DNA of 64,000 bases from assembly GCF_001447785.1 (NCBI RefSeq), contig NW_015174867.1:1-64000 (forward strand), written 5' to 3'. Positions within the stretch are counted from its first letter, which is position 1, and each line of letters opens with the position of its first letter. The notes under the pieces are model-generated. The model was not told the DNA's origin. It saw only the letters and a list, made by a program, of their open reading frames with translations, and ran no database searches. The position numbers and the translations under genes are program-made. Shown piece by piece: positions 49,894 through 61,754 of the stretch. Origin of the DNA: Gekko japonicus (Eukaryota).

Positions 49894-50154
49894 GTTCACC
49901 AGGGGTAAAATAGACAACTGTTTCAGATTATCATTTCTAGCACATTAATTTTTTTCTTGGAAATCTCTTCTCCTCTTCTCTAGCTACAAAAAGAAGCTTC
50001 CTGCTTTCCAGTAAAAATGGGCAGTAGAAAGAAACAGAAAAATGCTCATTTAAAATAGCAGATTTACCAGATTCTTCAGTGTATTTCCAACCATACAGCA
50101 TAGTGAGTAGGGGAAAAATTGTATTTTTCAGATTTGGGTATAATGAAGACAATT

Positions 50155-51330
50155 TTTTTCAGTATTCCTGAATATACCCGAATACCAGTACTGGTCATGT
50201 ATTGGTATCTGGCAATATTCGGGAATACTAAAAAAATTCAGCTTCATTATATCCTATGGTGTCATTGTAGTCAATGGCTAAACTAATGAGTATTCAGTGG
50301 GTGGGGGGGGGAGGAATGGGGTGTTAGGAAGAAGCATCAAAGTTGTCCTGTAACTGCTGGATCCTCTCCCCAAAAGAACCCCCAAGTTTGGAAAAGTTTG
50401 GACCAGGGGATCCAATTCTAGGGGCACCCAAAGAGGATGCCCCCATCCTCCATTGTTACCAAAGGCAGGCAAATAAAACAGCCCAGCAGTTTCTCCCAGA
50501 GAATATCTGCAGTAGAAACTGAGTGAGGTGTGGTGTGAGGGGGGCACATTTGCAAGGCCAGCAGCAGAATCAGTGCAATGTGCCCACCAGAACCAGTGCC
50601 ATTCTCAGATCAAATCTCTGAATCTCTGGAGTATAGAGGGCATGTTTGCAAGGCCAGCAGCAGAACCAGTGCAGTGTTCCAATGCTAGTGCCCAGCAGCA
50701 GTACCCAGTGCCAACCTACCTATCAACAGAATCCAGTGCCAACCTACTAGCTGAACTCAATGCCATTGTGGCAAAAGCCAGGTCAACAGGAGGACTGATG
50801 TGAACTTAAGCACAGAATCATCACAACAATATACAGAAGAATTTCAAAAAAGAACTTCTGAGATTGGCCAAAGAGCAGTGTGCCCTTACCTGTAATCCTA
50901 TTGGCCAGTGCTCCTCCCCCCTCCTGTCCCTGGGAAAACAAGCTAGTAGTTGGACTTCAAGTTTGAAGCCAGCAGGAACAGCCTTGCAAACTGCAATGCC
51001 ATTTGAAAATTCATTGCAGTGATATGTAAGGTCCCTCTTTCCCCTCCCTTCTGGAAAGCAGAGCAAAGGGTGAGAAAGAGACAGAAATGACAAGAAAGAG
51101 AAGGTAAGTGCAGCCCTTTAAAGTTAAATCCTCTGAGCCTGTATTCAACAATGCCAAACAATTCTGAACAAAAAGTGAATAGTTTCAGCTTTTATTCAGC
51201 ATTCTGTATTCGGCAGCTTAATCATATCAGAGATTCTGATTTGGCTTGGCAAATACAAAAAAAAATGCTGAAAATTATTTTTTGGAGGTTTGGGGTTTTT
51301 TGGTTCTGCTTTACCGAATGCACACTCCTA
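50155..51330. mobile_element. Non-autonomous DNA transposon remnant with internal CCAGTGCC repeats
   Basis: Sub-terminal CCGAATA/TATTCGG repeats and terminus CCGAATGCACACTCCTA. Confidence 0.5.
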
Positions 51331-52163
51331 GTAGTGAGCCAGCAACTGGCTACACCACTACCTACCAGTGAAATCAAACAGCAAACAATAGTGCATGTCA
51401 CATATATTGTACACATATAACAACTCTGTTCCAGGTTCCTATAAACAGAGAAACAAGAAGAAATAACACTGTGGAGTAGAAAATAAGAGTTGTTCCCAAC
51501 ACATTACTATTGGTATGTGTCCATGAAACATATGTTCATTCATTTACACATTCCACCAGTCAAGACAACATGAGAACATATTGGTTGTTCTAAGATTCCA
51601 CTATGCAGGAGTCCCCTTAGTAGGGCCAAGAAACAAAGATGACTTTTCATAAGATAGCTCAGTGGGGCTAGAGGTATACACATACATATAAACAGAGAGT
51701 TCAGCAATGTTGCTAAAGCTTGTCAGATGGAACTGGGTGCCAACTACCTTTCTGCAGGTTACAACTCACACAGGAGAGGGAGGAGATTCCCTTTCCACCA
51801 CCCTTTCCACTACTATGCCTGATGAGGACAGAGAAAATATATTTTTACTGTATTTTTACTGTATGACTGATGACATTATTGTAATTAAGTGGAATACTCA
51901 AAAGTGCAAATGAACCAAACATGTCTTGAATGCATCTGTGTGCGGTGATGAAGATGGAACTGACCATTTAAAAAGTCCCTTTCATAAGAATGTGATGCAC
52001 AAGGAAGGGTGTTTTCTTGCTAGATACCAGTCATATTGATTCTCAAAAACAAAGTAACCAGAAAATAAATATCAATAACTGGCTAAACAGAAAAGTTTGT
52101 CACTCCTTCCCTTCCTCAATTAAAAAACTGATGATGCCTTTGCTACAAGAATTCCCCCTTCTC

Positions 52164-53254
52164 GGCGTGGTTCTCAAAGTCCGAGAGTGGAGGAAGGAGA
52201 TGTTTTCTCCACACTAACAGAGCTGCTTCGGCCCATTCATGAAAGACTCGATGGCCTTAACCAATTGATTGCTGCTTCAAACCAGAGCATGGCAAAACAG
52301 CAACAGCAGATCACCGAGCTTCTGAAAAAATCGATCCAAACTGATGAAAAACTTAAAGAGACCACACATGATGCTAAAAAGCTGAAGAAAAGAGTTGGTC
52401 TGATGGAACAAAAGCAGGATCTACACGAAAGGAAGCTATTGAACCTACAAATGGACAAAGCGAATAAAACCCTTAGATTCCAAGGGGTGGCTGAGACGAC
52501 AGGAGAAATTTTGAAAGATGTGGCAGCTGAGCTAATCGCTCTATCGCTCGGCATTGCAACGGCTGAAGCGCATGCAGAGATAGAAGTGACATATCGTTCT
52601 TACTCTAAATATATTAAGCAAAACAAACTGCCGGGCAAGATCGTGGTCAAATTTCTCCGACGACAGACAAGAGATGATATTCTCAAAGCAACAGCAGACA
52701 AACCCCTGCAAATGGGATCAGCAAGTATCAGGGTCCTTAAGGACGTTCCATTTGAGGTTCGACAGAAAAGAAAAGCGTACAAAGAACTCATCTCAACACT
52801 TCAGATCAACCAAATTCAATACTCCTGGCTTTTTCCAGAAAGGGTCCAATTCAAATATAGAGACAAAAGAGAAAAAATCGACTCGGTGTTAAAAGCAGAA
52901 GAATGGTTGAAGCAATTCTTCGGACAGAAAGAGGAAGAGCAGCAAGACGGAGGAGGCCAGGCAGCTGACCTGGAAGAGACGGACAGAGACCTACTTGGAG
53001 CAGAAGGAGGCACGGCCAGAGAAGCATATGACTTGCGGCTAAGAGTTGCCAAATAGCACTTATGAACTAAAAAGACTTATGGATGAGCTGGAAGAAGTCT
53101 ATGTGCACACTGAGAAGAAATTAGATATACAACAAAATGGACTAACTAATCTCCTAAATTCCTTGACTTAATGAAAGCATTAATCTTTATAACTAACTGC
53201 ATACTAACTGTTAATGACCCTACTTTCTTGGGTTTTTAGTTATAGTGTGAAAAA
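52164..53254 (+). mobile_element. ORF1-only L1-derived retroelement (HAL1-like) with 17-bp TSD
   Basis: TSD AAGAATTCCCCCTTCTC at 52147-52163 and 53255-53271. Intact ORF1 frame, about 190 nt of 3' sequence, short A tract, no ORF2. Confidence 0.85.
52187..53056 (+). CDS. LINE-1 ORF1p-like RNA-binding protein (5'-truncated; first ATG at 52289)
   Basis: Coiled coil, then RRM (TLRFQGVAE...PGKIVVKF...RDDIL) and CTD (KDVPFEVRQKRKAY...YSWLFP), typical of L1 ORF1p/Transposase_22. Confidence 0.8.
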   Translation: MEEGDVFSTLTELLRPIHERLDGLNQLIAASNQSMAKQQQQITELLKKSIQTDEKLKETTHDAKKLKKRVGLMEQKQDLHERKLLNLQMDKANKTLRFQGVAETTGEILKDVAAELIALSLGIATAEAHAEIEVTYRSYSKYIKQNKLPGKIVVKFLRRQTRDDILKATADKPLQMGSASIRVLKDVPFEVRQKRKAYKELISTLQINQIQYSWLFPERVQFKYRDKREKIDSVLKAEEWLKQFFGQKEEEQQDGGGQAADLEETDRDLLGAEGGTAREAYDLRLRVAK

Positions 53255-53877
53255 AAGAATTCCCCCTTCTCTTCTTTAACAGCAAGACTCTCATGTCTTC
53301 TTAGCAGCAACTTCCCTTCTCATTTCAACCTTGGTCCATCTTTAACTATGCTTTTGTCCCTTTCTTATGACCTCTCCTCCCCAACTTTTCCCCCCCCCAA
53401 ACTCACTGGACTCCAGAACATCTACAAATTAAACAGAATTTACAAAGATTAGATTCGTTTTTAATTAGGCAGACTGGAGGTGATTAGGAGGATAGGTTAC
53501 TTTGTATCTTATTGCTATGTAATCATTTGCTTTTTGATTTTATGATTTTCTCTACTTTCCATATGTCACATTTGTATTTCTTAACGTGCTGTATTGTTTG
53601 TGTTAGCTTATGCTTTATGATATAGAGCACCTAGAAAACAACTTTAATTCATGTTAGTCAAATTATTATATGTTCCTTACTGGTCAGTATTCATTCAGTG
53701 GTGAAAATTTGGAGACAGATTTTAACTGTCACTCAACACAGTGAACAGAAGTGCAGCAAACTGCATGGCTTTAACTCCCAGTGTAATCTCCAGATCAGCT
53801 GCACATTTCCTGGTGAAGACTCACAAAACTAGTCCATCTATTACACTCATTCTCTGGCATGTCTCCTTAAGAGGCTA

Positions 53878-54856
53878 GTAGAGATGTGAAAGCCTAGGGA
53901 AAAATAGAAAAGAACAGTTTTTCCCTCTCAGCCCCCCCCCTTTCCAATGGAAAAACTGGAGAATATTGGGGGGTGGAACCCCCTATGGAATATATTCTCT
54001 TTTAGAATGAGTGAAATGCTTTTAAAGACAAAGTGGGCATGCTCCAGACACATACAATTCTTAAATCCAAGTTGCATTTCTGCACCAAAAAGTATACCTT
54101 CATGAGGGCAGCATACAGGGCTTTCATTGGTTCTCAACTGTTGCATACCCTCTGTTGTTCTTTTGAACTGATGTGTTGACCTTTTCACCTCTCCCATAAC
54201 CCACTGTGACACATTTACCCACAGACTGGGTAAAAAGTAGCTTATTGCCCTACCTTGAAAGTGGGAGAAAAAAGATCAGAAGTAGGTGGGGCAGAAACTG
54301 CACCAAAGCCTCAGAGGAAAACTGAAAAATTCATTGAGAACTTAGTTCTCTCTAATAGATAACAAAAATTAAGGTACATGTGCTAAGATAGCACAGGGTG
54401 CATCAGCTTGCAGTTCTCTCTCAAGCACTGTGTATATTTGCAATTTTGGTTGTACAAAACCAAGGCATTCAATTCCATGAATATGTCAAATATTGTAATT
54501 CTATATGCTAAGTAGCTAATAAATTATGCATTATGGTTAAAGCAGCAGGGCTGCCAAGGCCTGGTCGGGAAATTCCTGGAGATTTGGGAGTGGAGCCTGG
54601 AGAGAGCAGGGTTTGGATAGGGGAGGGATATCAGTGGGGCATAATGCTCCCAATCCACCAAAGTAGCCCTTGAGATCAGTAGTAATTTCGAGATCTCAAG
54701 GCCCCACCTGGAGGATGGCAACCATAAGCAGCAAAATTAATTTAGGCTTGATATGACAGTAAGTATTACATATATTTCATTTCCCCACCCCGCAAAAAAA
54801 ATCCCCCCCTTAAAATACTGCGGGGGACTCCCCCCCCCCGGTTTCAATATCTCTAG
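53878..54856 (+). mobile_element. Non-autonomous hAT element (family of 9570-10319) with nested MITE at about 54545-54722
   Basis: TAGAGATGTGAAA...ATATCTCTA termini. Internal similarity to 9570-10319. Confidence 0.7.
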
Positions 54857-55376
54857 AAGCTAGTTAAGTATATTTCAGCATAATAAAATGGTATGATATT
54901 TCAATGGATGTCCTCAAGACCAAACTTGCACATGATAATTAACACCAGGATGTAACTACAAGCTGCAAGACATAAGATGGTTCCTATGGAGCGCTGTCTA
55001 GCAACAACTTTAAATGAAAAATCTCATCAGAAGAGAACGGAGCCATTCCAAAGTTGAAACAATGCAACATAATTGAGTTAGTGAACTCTGTTCAAAAGCT
55101 GCATTACTAAGCATGTGTGATCAATGGGGCTTTTGACTTTTTCCCCTAACAGCAGACTCCACTCTATAGCAAACTGTTTTGGAAGTATGGAACTGATTTA
55201 GAAGCAAGCCATTCACAAAAAAATACGTCAGGAGGCCTGCTGGATGTGCAAGCCTCTAGAAATGCCTATGTTTTCTGAATTGTTACTTCCCAGGGCCTGC
55301 TAGCAGTTCTAACCATGTTCATATTATGCCCGTCCTGACAGTGCAGGTCAGTAATTCCAGTATTAATACCTCCAAG

Positions 55377-56315
55377 CAGGCCCGGAGCTAACGCGGGGCC
55401 CACCCTCCTCCCATTTCTTCTGGGCCCCCTCCCTCCTGGGCTGTCCCCTAAGTGCCTCAACTTACCACCTGCGCGCCACTTTGCACTCTGACTGAGAAAC
55501 ACCTCCACTTAAATCTTCTTCGGACTGCAAAGACCTGGGGTGGAAGACAGCCACACCTTTTTTTAACTTGGGGGCGTGTAATTTATGCAGGATGTCAAAA
55601 GCGGGAGGGGGGGAGAGAAGTGGCCTTCTGCCAAGCTGGGGATGCCACAGTGTGAAATTGACCAGCATGCTGAAACTGACTGGAAACCTCAAAGTCCTTT
55701 GCGAAACAAACACAAAACACAACAAGATTTTCTGGGAAAGGAAACAAAAGGAAAGGGAGATCGGAAGTGCTGAGCCAGAAAATACTTGGGGGGGGGGGGG
55801 GCAGACTAATTTTTAAAGTGCTTTCCTGGGCATCAGGCAGCTTCAGTAGACCTGGGTAAGACTCTGCTCGGGTCAGGGTTCCTGCAGAAATGGGGCCAAG
55901 TCAAAGGCAGAAAGGGAAAGTAGTTTAAAAAAAATGGAGAAAAGCTGAAAGGAAGGAAAAGGTAGCAGAAATGAAGGGACTGAAACGAAGGTGTTGAGGA
56001 AAGGGGACATCTCAGAAAGGGGGTCACCAGAAGAAAAGAGAAGAAAAGAAAAGACAAGTGTTTGGAGTGGCCGAGAGAGCACGTGGCTTGCCGCCACCGG
56101 CAGAGGGTTATCTATATTGGTGTAGCCGTACTTGCTAGCTATCCTCTTGGCTTCGGGGAGCCCACCACTTATCCTCACCGCCCAGTGGCTGGTGTATACG
56201 TGAGTCCTGCAGCTGCTGGGCATTACCCCCCATCCACCTGCTCTGGAAGTTTTGATTAAATTAGCTGCCACCCCCCCATGGCCCCCTCCCCAGAAAGTCC
56301 CTAGCTACAGGGCTG
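55377..56315. mobile_element. hAT-type non-autonomous transposon carrying captured host-gene fragments
   Basis: TIRs CAGGCCCGGAGCTA / reverse complement CAGCCCTGTAGCTA (11/14). 8-bp TSD CCTCCAAG / CCCCCAAG (7/8). GC-rich heterogeneous interior. Confidence 0.75.
56113..56211 (-). pseudogene. PCSK5: Captured fragment of PCSK5 exon 1 (proprotein convertase prodomain start)
   Basis: CRTHVYTSHWAVRISGGLPEAKRIASKYGYTNI versus recalled human PCSK5 CRTRVYTNHWAVKIAGGFPEANRIASKYGFINI. No other PCSK exons seen in the window. Confidence 0.85.
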
Positions 56316-57689
56316 CCCCCAAGCATCTCACTATTTCATAAATTCTAGAATCTCATATTCAGAAATTAGCCAAAACCAAAGGCATAAAGATTACCTAGAT
56401 TGTTGACATTATTCATGTAACTCCAAACATTTATTCCTTAAAGAACAAATGGTGGTTTCTCAGTTAAGCCCTTGTTTTAACAATTCTGTACTTCTAAACA
56501 AGCATTTTACATCATGCCTGATGATACTGTCTCATAAACAATAGTATATACTTCTGATAACTCCAAGAAAATACAATACAAATTTGCTGGAAGCAAAATT
56601 ACAAGAGTTTTCATACACACCCTATAGAATCATACTGAGCTGTGAGTATACAGTGCAAAAAAAAATGACCCACATAGCAAATTTAGTCATTTTACTTGTT
56701 ACATCAGTTCTAATAGAGAGAGTATGTTAAACAAAATATACCCTAAAAATCAATGGCTGGATGCCCCAGATCTATTTTGCCAATGGAGGTGTTTTTCTCT
56801 TGCAAAAGGAGCCCCCCCCCCCAAAGTAAGCACCTGCATTAGGAGATTAGGACTGCAGGATCCAATATAGTAGGATTCAATCCAGTAACTCCTAAGAGCT
56901 GTTACCAAGTCAAGACAAGAACCCCTAGACAGAGTTGGGGGGGAAACCCTAGCAATTTAAGATGGCAAAAATGACACCACTGATAAAAAGATAGCAGACA
57001 TATCAGAGTTTTAAAAGTTCTTGCACTTCATTTTTCATATACCAGTCCTCGAACTACAATACCATGTTTGACTACTAAAGAAAGGCAGTAAGAATACACT
57101 AGGTTTTTTGATTACAGAGGCCTGTTTAAATTTTCTACAGTGGTAGATTTTCTTTTAAAAGCCTCCCCCCCACTCAGGTCTTGGCTATATTCAGATGACC
57201 ATGAAGCCTTGGAAGACTATGGGCATATACATTCCCTACTGTCTCTACTCAAGTACTCCTCAAGAGTGCTCTTGAGGAGCAAAATTAAAAACATTTGTTG
57301 TTATATCCAAATCAAGCTCTCTAACAAACCATGACTTGTTTCTTGCACATAAATAATTATTTGTAGGTAAGAAAAAATACATTTGCTAAAGAACCCAATA
57401 AGGAAATCACAACAAACTGTAGTTAATTTTAAATCAAAAATATTTTCATTATCCATGTATTGGGGGAAGTTAACAGAGAAGTCAGTAGCTTCTATGGATC
57501 TGTTCAAGATGTCTGGATGATGATATAGGTAACTACTCTGAGTAAATAGTTATCACCAACCAGGAAAAAAACTCTTAACACTTATAAATGTGTTAATGCG
57601 GTGACCAAACCATTCAGAAACAAATACAGGCGAAATCAGATGCACGGATAAATGGAATTACTCTGATCATTATAGAAAGATAACTAGTA

Positions 57690-57918
57690 TAGGATAGGAG
57701 CTAGAGTATTGGGCTGAATCTGGGAGACCCAGGTTCAAATCCCCACTCTGCCATGGAACCTTGCTAGGTGACCTTGGGCCAGTCACACACTCTCAAGCCT
57801 AACTTACTTCACCAAGTTTGCTTTGAGGATAAAATGCAGGACAGGAGATTGATGTAAGCGACTTTGGGACCCCATTGGGGAGAAAGGTGGGATATAAATG
57901 AAGTAAATAAATAAATAA
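57690..57918 (+). mobile_element. Squam3-like SINE
   Basis: CAGGTTCAAATCCCCAC B-box, SINE body and (TAAA)n tail. Confidence 0.75.
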
Positions 57919-60399
57919 TTCATTGGTATGTTAATTTTCCTAACTGACTGCTTACTGCATTTGGGCTTAAAAGATAAAATTTGTATATACATTCCATAAG
58001 GTTTTTAAACTATTACAGCAGTATGAAAAATACATCAATATGCCAGGAAGTGGAATAGAACTTTTAGAAAGTCATGGCACAAGCACAAATGATACAGGGT
58101 CATAGAATACCAGTGGAATATATATATTCCAAGACTTCAGTCTTTCATACCATCTCTTTTATGCAATTCACAATTAAATATATATTGGTTAATTTTCAGC
58201 ATATGAGCAACAGATATGAAAAAAGACCCTTAACTGCACCCTAAATAGCTTCTGCCAGTATTTGTATATAACCTTTCCTCCTTATTCAAGGAGCTTATGG
58301 ATGTTAACAAATTAAAATAGAAAAGACTTTGTAAAAGCCATTAGAAACTATAAAACTTATAGAATATCAAGTAGTTACTAAAGCAGGACATCCAACATTT
58401 ATCCCATAAACACAAATCCAAATAAAAATGTTTTCATATTTCTAAAAGAAGTCAATGTTAGAATATGGCAAGCCCTTCTCAGGAGAAGGTTCCAATGCCA
58501 AAGTTCCTTGACGGAGAAAACACTGCCCAAAAATCTTCACACACTTAACTTCTTGGCTAGACAGAATTAAGAGCAGGGCCTTCTTCAATATCCCTCACAC
58601 AGTGAGCTCCAACTCAAGCACTTTGCTACTTCATTACACTTTACTAGTGGGACGCCCACAGAATAGTTGGATGATACTGAAAAGTGGAGTAGGATGGGAT
58701 GGGTGATTTTATTATTTTGTTACTCCTGGTTATCTAAAGGTCTGGAGATGGTGTGCCTGCCTTCCCAGGGAAACGCACACAGTTTTCTCTGCTGATTTTT
58801 CCTTATCTCTGTATACCCAAATTCATTCTTGATACTTTATTGCTGGACTTGTTAAGTCATTGGCACCACTCTCAGAGAAAGGAGTACTGGTTGCTATGCA
58901 TGCAAATACATCTGAAATGAGGATAGGGGTTAAACGAAAGGTTTAATTTAATTTAATTTCCATTTAATTAAAATTCCTGCTTAAAAGGTAAACAATACTG
59001 TTCCCCTATTTGTGCTAACAGGAAAGGGACATGGCAGGGTAGCTGCAGATTCTTTCCCTTCCTTATGACACTTCTCACATCCATAGCAGTAAAGTAGTCC
59101 CTACTCGCAGCATCATGGGATACTTAAAGGTGCAGCATTAAATCAATGTTGGTTAACAATTCATTGACAATATGTGGCATACAAGATGACACTAAAGTCA
59201 TTGTGTTTGTAGCAAAGTTTGTAACAACCTCCACTACCTAATAGAATTCTTCCCATATTTTTCTAGGATTCACACAGGACACTCACTCATGTATGAAACA
59301 TTAGTTTTATGAACATTTTACTGTAATTTAATGTATACCCGTGCATGTGTCCACACATATACATGGAAAACTTCTTGTTCTACATTGGCTCTTCTGTGAC
59401 TTCTGTAGGGTTATACAGAACACATGCTTTTAAGACTTTCATTGTTTGTCTAAATAGTTCCAAACTCCACTCCTGAAGATGTCTCAAAATAATGAACTAA
59501 CCAATTCACCTGTTAATAATTCAACATTGTCATTATTTATTTGTAAAACTTAAGCAATAAATTTAGGCCACAATCCAGAGAGCAATTCATTGACTTAAGC
59601 ACCACCCAAAGGAGTGGACTGACATCTCTTTTTCAAGCAGCAGCCTCCTGCTCAGCATGACAAAGTGCTTTAGAAACTCAAGGGAATTTCCAAAGCAGTT
59701 TGGATCAATGCTGCATTGGGGAGGGGTGTATATTAAAAGAAAGAGGGGAAAACAACAACCAGAAACTCTGCTGGGCAATAACCTAACAGAACTACGGCCT
59801 TAAATTTTTGGCACTCAAGGCCCACACTCCTAAAGATTTTCTATTCTGCCTATGAATGCTGTTTTCACAAACAACAAGCATTTACCTATGGGATTACAGC
59901 ATGACAGAGGTGTAGTTGACTCATGGGATCAATTAAAAGGGTCAGCATTTATTGCTTGCTCCTTTTAAATTATCCCAATGTTCAAACATCACTGCATTTT
60001 AATGACGTACCAAAAACATATATTTTTATGCTATACTTACAGGGCAAGTACAGATCAGCATTGCCTACAGAAGTATTCACCTGAAACAAATGTTAACTTT
60101 AAAAGAAATATGAAGTCAGAAGAAGTTCAGCTGGAGCATTCTAACCCTATCTATACAAAGTATAATATTTCACAGTCTGATGTTTAGTGAACAAGCAACT
60201 TACACATGTTTAAACAAAAAAATGCCTAACTATTAAATGAAAAACTGATACTAAAGTACACACCTGTTTTCTTGTATAATTCATCAGCACCATTATATTC
60301 ACAATCAAAATAAAAGGAGCATGAAAATAAACCTTTGCAATTTAAAAAACAAATTTAGGGAAACCCAATTTCCAAACAGACAGAATTTGTTATACTTAC

Positions 60400-60459
60400 A
60401 GAGTGTTTCTCCTGCTGGCCCATAACTCCATGGTTTGCTGGGATTGCAAGAGGTTTCAT
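60400..60459 (-). CDS. RAPGEF2: RAPGEF2 (PDZ-GEF1) alternative first coding exon
   Basis: ATG at 60459. MKPLAIPANHGVMGQQEKHS followed by donor TCT|GTAAGT (phase 0) equals the recalled first 20 aa of human RAPGEF2. The next exon (LPADFTKLHL...) was not found in the window. Confidence 0.85.
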
Positions 60460-61254
60460 AATGAACAAATATATGCTGAACTGAATGTACACATCATGTA
60501 CCAATTTCTCATGGATAGTAAATCACCCTCTACTGCATTAAATTAAACAAAAAAATCAAGGAAAAAAACCAAGCCAAGAGCTCAAAGCATTGCTCACAAA
60601 ATCCTTCACACTTGTAGTGCAGAAAAGCAATCCAAACAGCAGCATTTGTCTCCATTTTTCTAACACTTGAAGTCTTAAGCGTGCAAGGATGTAAAGTGCC
60701 TGGCAACACCATACATATCCAGCATTCTTTTACAAGAATGAGAGCATTCCCTGAGAGCGAAAGGGAGGAAAAAGAGGAGGGGGGAAAAAAAGCTAAAATG
60801 GCTGACTGCACACAGACTCCCTCAAAAAAGCTTAATACAGTATTATATTAGTCAGGATGCAGAAACCAGCTTCCTGCATTCAAGCCAAGCCTTGTTAATA
60901 GTCCAGTTTAATTTGCAATCACACTACAAGAGATCCCCTCACCCCCCATTAAAAAAAAAAATCAGGGCAGAGCATGTGAATAGGGACCTCCTCCCTGGCT
61001 GCTAACGATGCTGACAGGGTGACCAGTGATCTCTGTTCCACTCAACTAACCAAGTTCGCACAATTAATCCAAGCAGCATGACATTGACGGACATTTAATT
61101 TAATGATGCCTGTCCCTCATATTCAAGAAAACCATGTTTACCACCAAAAGAGTCACTAAGGGAGGGGGGAACATAGGCACATAACAGAGAGAAAAACCTA
61201 GAGAATCATGAGTCTGAATGTAATACGCCAATATAATTACGTTATTGTGCTTAC

Positions 61255-61267
61255 TTTGGAAGACCAT
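61255..61267 (-). CDS. RAPGEF2: Candidate RAPGEF2 alternative first exon (MVFQ-T...)
   Basis: Optimal Kozak GCCATGG, ATG GTC TTC CAA A|GTAAGC. Splices in frame to the internal acceptor cccag| at 60438/60437, giving MVFQTNHGVMGQQEKHS. Confidence 0.55.
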
Positions 61268-61727
61268 GGCTGCAGGCAGTTGGCATAGCAACGCACAAGG
61301 AAAGCCATTTCCTGGGTAGAAAGAACGCTTCCTTTTCTAAATAAAAAATTCCTCTTACGATACAAACGGCATTGCTGCTTCCTGCAGAAAGCAAAGACAC
61401 TGTAGTCTGTCTCTTAACCTGCACACAGGCACACTCAATGCAGTTCTAATGATGTAAGTGGATCTCTTGCAGCCTCCCTCCCTCTCCCCCTATACATCGA
61501 AATATCCAACTCAAATGGAAGACATTCCTTGTGGCTCGCCCCCTCGCCTGCTTAACTATTTCACTCATTAAGGTACAGATGGACAATTCAGATAGAGTAA
61601 CAAGCGCTTGCCTGTATTATGTCAGCTTCTGTAGGTCAACCAAATCCCAGAGGGGAAGGAATCCATTGATTGCTGGCTCCAGTGAATACCACTGAAGGCA
61701 GAGTCGGAATAAGGGGAAAAGACTTAC

Positions 61728-61754
61728 TTGAACAAGCTCAGAAGTAAATATCAT
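61728..61754 (-). CDS. RAPGEF2: Candidate RAPGEF2 alternative first exon (MIFTSELVQ)
   Basis: AAAATGA context, 9 codons, donor CAA|GTAAGT in phase 0 like the MKPL exon. Confidence 0.35.
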
